This document shows positions 29,581 through 40,314 of a DNA stretch of 64,000 nucleotides, in pieces. The translations under genes were made by a program, and so were the position numbers. Source of the stretch: Gammaproteobacteria bacterium (GTDB lineage Bacteria > Pseudomonadota > Gammaproteobacteria > UBA4575); the NCBI GenBank assembly GCA_965205685.1, contig OZ242174.1, positions 141,406 through 205,405 of the forward strand, in the 5' to 3' direction. The stretch's first letter is position 1. Each line of letters starts with the position of its first letter. The notes beneath the pieces were generated by a model. That model had not been told where the DNA came from, searched no databases, and was given only the letters and a program-made list of their open reading frames with translations.

Positions 29581-32102
29581 GTGCATCAAACCTTTAACCA
29601 TGTGTGCCGGTGCTTTACACCGAACAGGCACGAGGATGGCCCTTTGGCTGACAACCCACTAGCTCTGGAAACCGTCACGCGCGATCCGGTCTGCGGGATG
29701 ACCGTCGACCCGCAAGCAGGGAAGCCCTGTTTCGAGCATGACGGGCACATGTATCATTTTTGCCACGATGGTTGCCGCGGCAAGTTCGTGATGGATCCCG
29801 AACCCTATATCAAAGCGGTGGACCCCGTTTGCGGCATGAAGGTCAACCGCGCTACGGCAAGTTTTATCACGAGGCACATGGGTCAGTGCCACTATTTCTG
29901 CTCTGGCCATTGCCTGGATAAGTTCGAGACTGATCCGGACACTTACCTGGAAGGCCGCTTAACAGCAGAACCTGTACCAGAAGGTACACTCTATACCTGC
30001 CCGATGGATCCCGAAATCGTGCAAGAGGAACCGGGTGATTGTCCGATCTGTGGCATGGCACTGGAGCCGATGATGCCCACGGTTGATTCGGGCCCGAATC
30101 CTGAACTCGTCGATTTCAGGCACAGGCTCCTGATCGGCGCGCCCCTGACTCTGGCAGTCTTGCTGCTCGAGATGGGAGGCATGCTGGGGATTCCGTGGAA
30201 TGACTGGTTCGGACCAGCGGCGGTTCGCTGGCTTCAGTTTGTATTGGCCACGCCGGTCGTGGCCTGGGTTGGTCTGCCCTTCTTCAAGCGCGGCTGGTCA
30301 TCCGTGGTCACTGGCAACCTCAACATGTGGACGCTGATCGCCATCGGTACCGGTACAGCCTATGCGTTCAGCGTGGTTTCGCTGATTGCACCGTGGGTTT
30401 TTCCTGCTGACCTAGGAAACGGTCACCCTCCGCCGCTTTATTTCGAGGCAAGTGCAGTCATCCTCATCCTGGTGCTTGTCGGACAGGTGCTGGAACTGAC
30501 AGCCCGCGACCGAACGGGAGATGCGATTCGGGCACTGATGGATCTCTCGCCAAAAACCGTCCGGCTGGTGACGGCTTCGGGTGAGGCAGACGTGCCGCTT
30601 GAAACTATCAAGACAGGAGACCAGCTTCGCGTGCGTCCCGGGGAGGCGGTACCTGTCGATGGCACTGTCACCGAGGGTCACTCATCGGTGGATGAAAGCA
30701 TGCTCACAGGCGAGCCGGTTCCCGTTGAAAAAACCGAGGGCGATTCGATCACTGGCGGCACGCTGAACAAGACGGGCTCGTTCGTGATGCAGGCCAGGGC
30801 TGTAGGCAGCGACACGGTCTTGTCCCGGATCATCGCCATGGTCGCACAGGCACAACGATCGCGGGCACCGATCCAGGCACTGGCCGACAGGGTCGCCTCG
30901 TATTTTGTTCCCGTCGTCATTTCTGTCGCTGTACTGGCCTTTATCGTATGGATGATCTGGGGTCCGGCACCGGCGCTCAGTTACGCCATCGTTTCTGCCG
31001 TCAGCGTCCTCATCATTGCCTGTCCCTGTGCACTCGGGCTCGCCACACCGATGTCCATCATGGTGGCGACAGGACGTGGCGCACAGGCGGGCGTGCTGAT
31101 CCGGGATGCAGAAGCACTGGAACGGTTTGCAAGCGTAGACGCCCTGATCATCGACAAGACGGGCACGCTCACGGAAGGGCGGCCGAGCCTGGCCGATATC
31201 GTGGCGTTCGGTGATGCATCCGAGGACCGGGTGCTCGCACTGGCTGCGGCCCTTGAACGCGGGTCGGAGCATCCGATGGCCGAGGCCATTCTCAGGGCAT
31301 CCCAGGAAAGAAACATCGAACGCCTCACACGACGGGCTTTGATGCGGTGACCGGCAAGGGAGTCAAAGGTCAGGTCAGCGACTTGTCGGTGGCATTTGGC
31401 AACGCGAAGCTGATGGGGGATCTGGGCATCGATGTTTCTGCTGCCCAAACCCAGTTAGCCCAGCTTCAAAATGAAGGCAAGACGGTCATGCTGCTGGCTG
31501 TGGATGGAGTGCTTTGCGGCCTCATCGCCGTGGCAGACCGCATCAAGGAGACCACACCCGGTGCCATCCAAGCTTTGCACAAGGCAGGCCTCAAGATCAT
31601 CATGGCGACCGGGGACAGCCGACAGACTGCCGAGGTGGTCGCTGCCAAGCTCGGGATCGACGAGGTCCGCGCAGAAATATCCCCTGAGGACAAGGCGACA
31701 CTTGTTGCTGAAGTCCGCAACAGGGGGCTTTCGGTTGCGATGGCGGGCGATGGCGTGAACGACGCTCCGGCCCTGGCTGCAGCAGACGTGGGAATCGCCA
31801 TGGGAAGCGGCTCCGATGTAGCTGTAGAGAGTGCCAGCATGACGTTGGTGAAAGGAGATCTACGCGGCATTGTCCGGGCCCGGCTGCTGGCACGTGGAAC
31901 AACGCGCAACATTCGCCAGAATCTATTCTTTGCCTTTGTCTACAACAGCATCGGCGTACCCGTAGCTGCAGGTGTGCTTTTTCCCGTTTTCGGAATCCTG
32001 CTGTCTCCGATGATTGCTGCTGCCGCCATGAGCCTCTCTTCAGTCTCGGTGATTGGCAATGCATTGAGACTGCGCCGAGTCCACTTGTATACTGGTGGCT
32101 GA
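29581..32102 (+). pseudogene. copA: Copper-translocating P1B-type ATPase (CopA family) interrupted by a frameshift near 31320-31350
   Basis: N-terminal YHS/TRASH-like Cys motifs (DPVCGM x2, YTCPMDPEI...CPICGM), CPC and DKTGTLT in the first ORF, and GDGVNDAPAL with the C-terminal TMs in the second ORF (31347-32102). The reading frame switches between ...ERNIE and [12 protein letters not shown]. Confidence 0.7.
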
Positions 32103-32135
32103 TTTTCCAGATAGCCAGACCCAAAAGAGGAAGTT

Positions 32136-32651
32136 ATGAAAGTCAAACCACGTTTTCTTACAGCACTGCTTGCCCTTGTCGTTTCGGTTGTGGCGCCCCA
32201 GTGGGCTATGGCCGCGAAGCAGGCACATGCCCAGATAATGAATGCAGACGGTCAACAGGTGGGCAAGGTGATGCTTCACAGGACCCCGCATGGCACGCTG
32301 CTGCATGCCAAGCTGCACGGCATGCCGGAGGGAGCCCATGCATTTCATGTGCATTCGATTGGAAAATGCGAAGCGCCCTTCAAGTCCGCGGGCGGACATT
32401 TCAATCCGCATGGCCACAAGCACGGCCTGCTGAGCGCCGACGGGATGCACGCGGGTGACATGCCCAACATTCATGTACCAGCCTCCGGAAGTCTCGAGGT
32501 CGAGATTCTCAATACAGGTCTGGTACTGGACAAATCGTTGTTCGATGAAGACGGTGCATCCATCGTCATCCACGCAGGACCCGACGACTACCAGTCAGAT
32601 CCGGCAGGAGCGGCCGGGCCACGCATTGCATGCGGGGTCATCCACAAGTAA
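32136..32651 (+). CDS. sodC: Periplasmic Cu/Zn superoxide dismutase
   Basis: Signal peptide, then the metal-ligand His motifs (HAFHVHSIGKC, HFNPHGHKHG, GDMPNIHV) and the C-terminal Cys of the disulfide. Confidence 0.9.
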   Translation: MKVKPRFLTALLALVVSVVAPQWAMAAKQAHAQIMNADGQQVGKVMLHRTPHGTLLHAKLHGMPEGAHAFHVHSIGKCEAPFKSAGGHFNPHGHKHGLLSADGMHAGDMPNIHVPASGSLEVEILNTGLVLDKSLFDEDGASIVIHAGPDDYQSDPAGAAGPRIACGVIHK

Positions 32652-32702
32652 CGCGGATTTTTAGCCGGGCTTCAAGGCGGCCGAGCTTGCCGGCAAACGC
32701 CG

Positions 32703-33515
32703 TTATCCGGCCGTTTTTCTAAACGGCTGCAACAGCAGATGATCCAGCCACAGGTCGCGCGGGGTCCGGAAGTGCTCGATGCCGACTTTCATACCAATGT
32801 GCCCGGCCTGCGGTGAGGCGCGGTAGGTTTTAAACAGGTAGTCCCACCAGGGTACATTGAAGCCGAAATTGCTGTCGGTTTCCTGCCGCACCACCGAGTG
32901 ATGCACCCGGTGCATGTCCGGTGTCACGATAAAATACCGCATGACCCGGTCCACTTTATCCGGGATGCGTATGTTCGCATGGTTGAACAGTGAGCTTGCA
33001 TTCAGCAGCACTTCAAAAGCGATTACAGCCACCACCGGAGCTCCCAGCACAAGCACCGCCGCCATTTTGATTGCCATGGACAGCACGATCTCGATGGGAT
33101 GAAACCGCAAGCCGGTCGTGACGTCCACTTCCAGGTCCGCATGGTGCATGCGGTGCAGTCTCCACAAAAAGTCCACATGGTGAAATACCAGGTGCTGAAA
33201 ATACAGAATCAGGTCCAGCGCCAAGATCGCCACGACCATGGCAAACCATGCTGGCAGGGTCACCTGATTCAGCAAGCCGAGGTCCTGGTCTTGCGCAACG
33301 ATGGCCGTACCCACTGCGGCCAGCGGAATCCCGAGCCGCACGACCAGCCCGTTCAGCACGGTGAGGGCTAGGTTGTTTAGCCAGCGTACACTCCGCGAGT
33401 GGTGCTGGGTGCGGCGTGGAGCCACAAGTTCCCACACCGCGAACACCGCGAACAGGCCTGCAAAGGTCGACAGGCGAACCAGCACTTCGGTATCCATGGA
33501 AAATTCGGTCAACAT
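32703..33515 (-). CDS. Fatty acid hydroxylase / sterol desaturase-family membrane protein
   Basis: Histidine boxes HHVDFLWRLHRMHH and HRVHHS in a polytopic membrane protein. Confidence 0.8.
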   Translation of the reverse strand: MLTEFSMDTEVLVRLSTFAGLFAVFAVWELVAPRRTQHHSRSVRWLNNLALTVLNGLVVRLGIPLAAVGTAIVAQDQDLGLLNQVTLPAWFAMVVAILALDLILYFQHLVFHHVDFLWRLHRMHHADLEVDVTTGLRFHPIEIVLSMAIKMAAVLVLGAPVVAVIAFEVLLNASSLFNHANIRIPDKVDRVMRYFIVTPDMHRVHHSVVRQETDSNFGFNVPWWDYLFKTYRASPQAGHIGMKVGIEHFRTPRDLWLDHLLLQPFRKTAG

Positions 33516-33724
33516 GCAACCTTTCTAGGCGCCACGCAGGGGGTTGTCAATCTTTTTCCATGCCGTCCTATCGGTTCCATAAGGGATTGTAATCGGTGGG
33601 TTTTCGCTACTGGCGAGAACGACGTCTGCGAGCGGCGCTGGCTGGCCCGTACAATCCCAATTCAAGTATAGTGATGCGAAAAGATTTCATCCGGGTCCAG
33701 AAGAACTTGCGGGGCAGTAAAAGA

Positions 33725-34477
33725 ATGACGAGACATGGCTTCCGGTTGCTGTTGGTCTTGATGCTGGGCACATGCCTTGGTGCTTGCAGCACTCCATCTT
33801 CAGAGTCCACATCGAGCCTGCCGGTACCCGAGTCCAGTCCTTCCCGGGAGTCCCAGCATGAAGACCCTCCCCAACCCCCGAATGAACAAACCGAGCAGCA
33901 TCCCCAGGACTCACCCCGCCAGCCGCAGGAAACGATCGATCCCGAGGCAAGGACATCCGATGCCCAAGCCCCTGTTCGTACTGACGATGAGGAAGTCGCC
34001 GTCCTCGACCAGCAACTTGAAGAGGCGTTGGGACGCTATGACGAACAGATCCACAAGGAATTCGAAAAGGCGCAGGCCGAAAGACGGGCACACGGACAAG
34101 AAGTGCCTGCCGGTGCAGGACAAGAGGCGGGATCCGAGCGGGAATCTGCCCACGCAATGGACCCTGCGACCCAGGCAGGAAAGACGTCCGGAGCCGAAGC
34201 ACAAGCCGGCACTCGTTCATCATCGGCTGAGAGCGGAGATCCGGACGATGACTCGAAGGAAAGTGCAGAAGAACGAAAAAACAGGGGGGCTCACAGCGCA
34301 CCGCCGCCGGCTGATATTCCCAGTGGAGACGATGATGATGTCGTTGCCAGGCAACTTCGGGAAGCCGCACAAAAGGAGCGTGATCCCGTGTTGCGCGACA
34401 AGCTTTGGGACGAGTACCGCAAGTACAAGAAGCAGCAGGCGAGCGCGACCTCCTCGCCTGCTGCTGAAGGCGAATGA
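33725..34477 (+). CDS. Lipoprotein with acidic, Pro/Glu/Ser-rich disordered region
   Basis: Signal peptide with lipobox LGAC (MTRHGFRLLLVLMLGTCLGACS). The rest is low-complexity and acidic. First gene of the co-directional operon. Confidence 0.5.
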   Translation: MTRHGFRLLLVLMLGTCLGACSTPSSESTSSLPVPESSPSRESQHEDPPQPPNEQTEQHPQDSPRQPQETIDPEARTSDAQAPVRTDDEEVAVLDQQLEEALGRYDEQIHKEFEKAQAERRAHGQEVPAGAGQEAGSERESAHAMDPATQAGKTSGAEAQAGTRSSSAESGDPDDDSKESAEERKNRGAHSAPPPADIPSGDDDDVVARQLREAAQKERDPVLRDKLWDEYRKYKKQQASATSSPAAEGE

Positions 34478-35646
34478 CCATGAGCAGAACACTCCTGGCC
34501 CCTCTGTGGCTGACCATTGTCCTTTTGACCAGCAGCTGTGCGCTAAACACGGTTCGGGTTTCAGGCGGGGAAGAGATCGAGTCAGAAACTGTACAGCTGC
34601 AGGAAAGTCAGCTTCTGGATGTCGGTGTGCTGTTGTTCGAGGAGGGTGAAATTACCGAGCAGCAGAAACAGGAAAGCATCCACGAGGACATTCGGACAGC
34701 CGAAGCGCGCTACATGGCCTACCACCTGAAAGAGACACTGCAGCGCACCAGTGGCTGGGGTGCCATCCGGGTGCTGCCAGCCACCTCACATATTGCGGAC
34801 GTGGTTGTCCGCAGCACGATCATCACTTCCAACGGCGAACAGCTGCTGCTTGAGGTCCACGTATCGGACAGTACCGGCATCCTGTGGTTTGAGAAAAAGT
34901 ACACGTCCGAGTTGGCCGAACTCGACTACTTCGAGATCGATCCCGGTAATGATGTCTACCAGCACGTCTACAATCGCGTTGCCAACGATATCTACCGCCA
35001 CCGAAAGAAACTGACCGACCGGCAACTGATCCGCATCCGCAACACCTCCGAACTGCGCTATGCCGCCAGCATATCGCCCGATCCGTTCTCCGATTACCTC
35101 GTGTGGGAACAGGGCGGGCAGGTCAAGGTGGCACGCCTGCCAGCCCGGGAGGATCCCATGCTGCAGCGGGTGCGCAAGATCCGCGAGCGCGAGTTTTTGT
35201 TCGTCGATACGATCAACGAGTACTATGCGAATTTCCACAGCGTGATGTACCGGCCCTACACGAACTGGCGCAAATATTACCTGCTGGAAGTCCGGCAAAA
35301 ACGTGCCATCGAACGCCGTGCCACACGAACCAAACTTGCTGCAGCAGCCATCACGCTGGCAGGTCTGCTGCGGGACGCTCCGGGCCTCGTAACCACGGGA
35401 GCCATGCTGTACAAGGATGGCATCGACATCGGCAAGGAAGCCCGGATCCACGACGATGCCATCCGCGAGCTGGGAGATTCCCTCAAGACTGAAGTGCGCC
35501 CGATGGTACTGGATATCCAGGGGCGTACCGTGGAGATCACGGGCACCATTGAAGAACAGTACCGCAAATGGCGGGCGCTGCTGCGCGAGATCTATCTGAA
35601 CGAGACGGGGCTGGCACAGGACGAAAGCGCTCCGGACAGCATTTAA
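34474..35646 (+). CDS. Putative lipoprotein of unknown function
   Basis: N-terminal signal peptide with a Cys (LLTSSCALN). 390 aa. ATGA overlap with the upstream gene. Confidence 0.5.
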   Translation: MTMSRTLLAPLWLTIVLLTSSCALNTVRVSGGEEIESETVQLQESQLLDVGVLLFEEGEITEQQKQESIHEDIRTAEARYMAYHLKETLQRTSGWGAIRVLPATSHIADVVVRSTIITSNGEQLLLEVHVSDSTGILWFEKKYTSELAELDYFEIDPGNDVYQHVYNRVANDIYRHRKKLTDRQLIRIRNTSELRYAASISPDPFSDYLVWEQGGQVKVARLPAREDPMLQRVRKIREREFLFVDTINEYYANFHSVMYRPYTNWRKYYLLEVRQKRAIERRATRTKLAAAAITLAGLLRDAPGLVTTGAMLYKDGIDIGKEARIHDDAIRELGDSLKTEVRPMVLDIQGRTVEITGTIEEQYRKWRALLREIYLNETGLAQDESAPDSI

Positions 35647-35653
35647 TATAGCG

Positions 35654-37198
35654 ATGCGCGAGGACAAGTCCACACCGGTTGAACCGATCGATCCCGCATC
35701 GCTGCGCGCCGCTGGCGCTGATTCCGGCAATCAGCTCTCCAATGCCAACCGGAACGCCCTGCTTGCCCTTGTGTTCGTCGGGCTGGCGGCAGTGGCGGTG
35801 CTGGTGTTCTGGATATTGCCCGGGGTGGTCGACCAGCAACGATCCTCCGGGCCGCTGAACCAGGAACCCCCTGTACCCCTGCACGAGCCTCCCGAGACTT
35901 ACTCCGAGCCGAGCGGTGTACCCGAAGCCCTGGCTGAAATGCCTGCAGGGCTTGCTGAACAGGAGTACGCAGCCCTGAGGCTGCAGGCTGAAACCTTATT
36001 GCTGAGTATGATTGAAAAACAGGACGCCTTGCAGCAGCAAGGGGTCAAGCAGTGGGCAGGCCAGGACTATGCCGATGCGGTTGCGAGTGGGCAGGCCGGG
36101 GATGCGCATTTCCGCAAACAGGATTTCGCCGAGGCGATCCGCCTGTACACTCAGTCGGCGGACGCCCTGCAGGCCCTGCAAAACCGCGTCGATGCAGTGC
36201 TCGACCAGGCACTCTTGCAAGGGGAACAGGCCCTGTTGCAAAATCTGGCCGAGGTTGCAAAACAGCATTTCAGCCTGGCTCTCAGCATCGATTCACACAA
36301 CCGCCGGGCCCTCGAGGGCCTGAAACGGGCTGAAACCCTCGGTGAGCTGTTCGAATTGCTGGAGACGGGCGGTCACTTCGAGGCTGCCAACCGCCTGCAG
36401 GCCTCTGAACAGGCGTACCGGCAGGCCGTCACCCTGGACCCGCTGTCTGCCGAGGCTGCCGCTGCACTGCAGCGCATCACGGAGCGCCTGACCGAGGCGG
36501 AGTTTTCCCGGCAGATGAGCCAGGCGTATGCCCTGCTGCAATCCCACCAGTTCGAAGATGCTCGTGCAGCGTTTCGCAAGGCCCAGGAACTGGTACCCTA
36601 CTCCAAGCGCCCCGCCCAGGGATTGCGCCGAGTCGATGAGGTCGTGCGCGAGGAAAAAATCGCTTCACTGAAAGCTGAAGCATCCCATTTTGAGAAACAG
36701 GAACAATGGTCCCTTGCTGCACAGAGCTGGCAGCAACTGCTGTCGCTGGACCCGCAAGCCCCTCACGCCGGGGAAGCTGCTACCCGAACCCAGTACCGCG
36801 CAGCCTTGCTTTCGAAGCTGGACCATTATCTGGAACATCAAGAGCGCTTGTACTCTACGGACGTATCGGCCGAGGCACAGGCACTGCTGGATGAGATCTC
36901 CGCCCTGGACCACAGCCCGGGCCGTCGCATCCTGCAAAGTGCAGAAGCCCTGCAGGGCGTGCTGGTGCTGGCCCGCCAGCCAGTCAGGATTGCCCTGTAT
37001 TCGGACAACCAGACCGAGGTGACCATTTTCCGGGTCGGCAAGCTCGGGCGCTTCGAACATCAGGACGTTCGGCTCAAGCCGGGCCAGTACACGATCATCG
37101 GCTCGCGGCCCGGCTACCGTGACGTACGAAAAACCCTCCACGTGACCCCGGACATGAAGGCCGAGCGCCTGAGTATTCTATGTGAAGAGACGATCTGA
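35654..37198 (+). CDS. Bitopic membrane protein with TPR-like repeats and C-terminal PEGA-like beta domain
   Basis: N-terminal TM helix (LLALVFVGLAAVAVLVFWILPGV), helical TPR-like repeats, and a C-terminal PEGA-like segment (GQYTIIGSRPGYRDVRKTLHVTP). Confidence 0.45.
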   Translation: MREDKSTPVEPIDPASLRAAGADSGNQLSNANRNALLALVFVGLAAVAVLVFWILPGVVDQQRSSGPLNQEPPVPLHEPPETYSEPSGVPEALAEMPAGLAEQEYAALRLQAETLLLSMIEKQDALQQQGVKQWAGQDYADAVASGQAGDAHFRKQDFAEAIRLYTQSADALQALQNRVDAVLDQALLQGEQALLQNLAEVAKQHFSLALSIDSHNRRALEGLKRAETLGELFELLETGGHFEAANRLQASEQAYRQAVTLDPLSAEAAAALQRITERLTEAEFSRQMSQAYALLQSHQFEDARAAFRKAQELVPYSKRPAQGLRRVDEVVREEKIASLKAEASHFEKQEQWSLAAQSWQQLLSLDPQAPHAGEAATRTQYRAALLSKLDHYLEHQERLYSTDVSAEAQALLDEISALDHSPGRRILQSAEALQGVLVLARQPVRIALYSDNQTEVTIFRVGKLGRFEHQDVRLKPGQYTIIGSRPGYRDVRKTLHVTPDMKAERLSILCEETI

Positions 37199-39253
37199 CC
37201 CTGCAGTCCCGCACGGCGAGGTGATCCGGCCCGTGGCGCTGCCCGAGACGGCCTACCGAAAATCGAAGCGCCCGGGCCGTCGCCTTCTGACCCTGACCGG
37301 GGCGCTCATCTTTCTCTCCCTGGTTCTGCTCCTCTTCCACGTGCTGACATCCAAAAGCCTGCAGATCGAGATTGACCCGCCGGCGGACTCGATCAGCCTG
37401 CGGGGCATGCCTTGGCCCGTCCATGTGCAGGGACGTTACCTGGTGCGCCCTGGCAGCTACAGGCTGCAGGCAGGGCGGGCTGGATACCATCCCTTGGAGC
37501 GGGATATCCAGGTCGGCACACAGGCCTCCCAGACGCTCACGTTCTCCCTGCTCAAACTCCCGGGCTACCTGGACATCACCAGCGCCCCCGAACACGGGGT
37601 ACACATTCAGATTGACGGCACATCCTTCGGCAGCACTCCGATCAGGCGCCTTCAACTTGCAGCCGGAACCTATGTCCTGCAGGCGACAGCCGATCGTTAC
37701 CTGCCCTACACCACACAGCTGGTCATCGAGGGCGAGCACAGGCAACAGGATCTTGAAATCCAGTTGCAGCCCGGTTGGGCGGAAGTGTCCATCGATTCAC
37801 AGCCCCCGCATGCGGAGGCTTGGCTGGACGGGACCCGCCAGGGACACACGCCCCTGAGACTGGAACTGATGGCCGGGGAATACCGTCTTGACCTGCACCA
37901 CCCGGACTACCTGCCCTACACCGTGGATTTTCTGGTGGTCGCTGGCCAGCCGCTGGAGCTGCCGCCGGCACAGTTGCAGGCCGGCACCGCTCATGTGAGG
38001 ATTACCAGCGTTCCTCCCGGTGCACGCGTCACCATTGCAGACCTCGACAAAGGCCAAACCCCGTTAAGTCTCGCGCTGGCTCCGAATGCCGAGCACCACA
38101 TTACCCTGACCAAGCCTGGCTACCGTCCCGGCCACCAAATCCTCAAGACCGAGCCGGGACAACAGAAAACCGTCACTTTGCATTTGGAAGCCCTGCTGGG
38201 CACCGTAGTCGTGCAGGCCACCCCTGAGGATGCCGAGGTGCTCGTCGAGGGCAAAACCGCAGGCCGCGGCAAACTCCGCCTTGAGCTGCCGAGCGCACCG
38301 CAGCGCCTTGAGGTGCGAAAACCCGGATATCTCAGCCACACGCAATCCATCACTCCGCTCGTGGACACCCCGCAGGTCATCGCCGTCACGTTGAAACCGG
38401 CTGCAGCCCGCAGCAGATATGACCCGCCCGCCCGCATCACCACCCACCAGGGCGAGACCCTTATCCGCCTGGACGGCGGTACATTTACCATGGGTGCCCC
38501 GCGGCGTGAACAGGGGCGGCGCACCAACGAAACCCAGCACAGCGTCACACTGCAACGACCGTTCTACATGGCCACCCGCGAGGTCACCAATGCCCAGTTC
38601 AATGCTTTCATGCCTTCCCATCTCTCCGGCAACTACCGTGGCCATGACCTGTCCGCCCCCGACCTTCCGGTCGTCAACCTCACCTGGGCGGATGCGGTGC
38701 GCTACTGCAACTGGCTGAGCGAGCGCGAAGGGCTGGAGCCCGTGTACGAGGAAAAAAACGGAACCTGGGTGGCCAAGACACCCCTCCCCGCCGGCTACCG
38801 CCTGCCCACGGAGAGCGAATGGGAATGGGCAGCCCGCTGGGGCCCCGGCGGGAAGCTGGCGAAATATGCCTGGGGTCATGAGTACCCGCCGGTGGAGGTG
38901 ACCGGGAATTACGCGGACCATGCTGCCAGCGGCCTGCTTGAGGACATCATCGACGGCTATGACGACGGATTTGCGGTGGCCGCACCGGTGGGAAGCTTCA
39001 GGCCCAATCCGCTGGGCCTGTTCGACCTGGACGGCAACGTCGCCGAATGGTGCCACGACTACCACAGCATCTATCCAGCCCTGAGCGAGAAGACCTATGT
39101 AGACCCGGCGGCCCTACCACGGGAACCAAGCACGTCATCCGTGGTGCTTCCTGGATGCGCAGCACCCTCAGCAGCACTCGACTCAGCTACAGGGATCAGG
39201 ATAATAACCGGCATGTTGATGTTGGTTTCCGTATTGCCCGATACCTGGATTAG
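37182..39253 (+). CDS. Membrane-anchored PEGA-repeat protein with C-terminal FGE-sulfatase (SUMF1-like) domain; reading frame shifts near 39100-39130
   Basis: One TM helix, about five PEGA repeats (PGY...TP pattern), then FGE-domain motifs (GGTFTMG, RPFYMATREVTNAQFNAFM, YRLPTESEWEWAARWG, NPLGLFDLDGNVAEWCHD). The canonical FGE end (HVIRGASWMRS...VGFRIARYLD) is in a different frame, 39047-39253. Confidence 0.65.
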
Positions 39254-39259
39254 TGGGGT

Positions 39260-39496
39260 ATGAGACTTTGCGCGGCGTTGTTGCTGGCCATGCTGGTTCT
39301 TCCTCTTGCAGCCACCCCCGAGCCCACAGAAGAGATGCCTGAGAACACCGCAACGCCTGAAGCCCACCCGGGTGAAGACGCTGCTCGCAGGGCAGCTGGG
39401 AAACGCGGCACACGACGCGCCCCGCCCCTGGAGGAGTTCGTACCCAGCGAAGAAGTCTCTGCCGACAAGCCCGTGAGTTTTCCAACGGACATCTGA
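39260..39496 (+). CDS. Small secreted protein (signal peptide), hypothetical
   Basis: 78 aa with an N-terminal signal peptide (MRLCAALLLAMLVLPLAAT). Tightly packed between operon genes. Confidence 0.35.
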   Translation: MRLCAALLLAMLVLPLAATPEPTEEMPENTATPEAHPGEDAARRAAGKRGTRRAPPLEEFVPSEEVSADKPVSFPTDI

Positions 39497-39501
39497 GCAC
39501 G

Positions 39502-40299
39502 ATGAGAAAACCGTTTTCCCCCGAATTCACCTACCAGATTTTCAGCCTGTTGGTGATTATGATCGTCGTGCATGCGGCGTACGTGGCCGTTATTCGCCCG
39601 ACCGCCGAAGCTGAACTCGAGCAGCAGGCGGTGCAGATCAATCTTGACCGGGACTACGTGCCGAAACGCTCGGTGTACGTGCTGGTTCGCGACTACGAAC
39701 AGGAAGCCTGTTTCATCCTGATGTTCTGGGCCCTGGTGATCATGGGCTACAAGACCAGCCACCTGTTGCGCGAGCGCGACATGCTCGACATGGACCTGCT
39801 GCACGCCAAGGAGGGGATCCGGTTTTTGCCCCAGGACATGCAAAAGCTCAACCGCCAGATCCAGTCCCTGCCCGAAGAACAGCAGGGCTATCTGCTGCCG
39901 CGTGCCCTGCAGGTCGCCCTGCACCGCTTCAACTCCACCCGTAACATCCAGGACGTCTCCTCGGCCACCCGCGGTGTATGTGAATCCGAATCCGAGCGCC
40001 TCGACTCCGAACTTTCCATCATCCGCTACATCACCTGGGCGATTCCCTCCATCGGGTTTTTGGGTACGGTGCGCGGTATCGGTGATGCGCTGGGGCAGGC
40101 GCACAAGGCAGTGGAAGGCAACATCGCCGGGGTCACGGAGAGCCTGGGAGTGGCCTTCAACTCCACCCTGATCGCCCTGTGCATCAGCATCGTGCTGATG
40201 TTCATCGTGTACCAGCTACAGCTTTTGCAGGAACGGCTGATCCTGGACACCCAGAACTACTGCAATCACAACCTGATCCGCCATCTTCAGGCGGAATGA
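39502..40299 (+). CDS. MotA/TolQ/ExbB-family proton-channel protein
   Basis: 265 aa with three TM helices and the family-signature C-terminal region (IRYITWAIPSIGFLGTVRGIGDALGQA...SLGVAFNSTLIALCISIVLMF). Confidence 0.7.
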   Translation: MRKPFSPEFTYQIFSLLVIMIVVHAAYVAVIRPTAEAELEQQAVQINLDRDYVPKRSVYVLVRDYEQEACFILMFWALVIMGYKTSHLLRERDMLDMDLLHAKEGIRFLPQDMQKLNRQIQSLPEEQQGYLLPRALQVALHRFNSTRNIQDVSSATRGVCESESERLDSELSIIRYITWAIPSIGFLGTVRGIGDALGQAHKAVEGNIAGVTESLGVAFNSTLIALCISIVLMFIVYQLQLLQERLILDTQNYCNHNLIRHLQAE

Positions 40300-40314
40300 A
40301 GGGGAGCCGCCTGA

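Noticed and set aside
32685-32725. Hairpin GCCGTTT-ttct-AAACGGC at the sodC/desaturase junction considered as a terminator
   Set aside because: It lies inside the 3' end of the desaturase coding sequence and lacks a T-tract in the sodC direction.
38064-39065. 333-aa minus-strand ORF
   Set aside because: Antisense to the FGE-domain region of the PEGA/FGE gene. No recognisable motifs.
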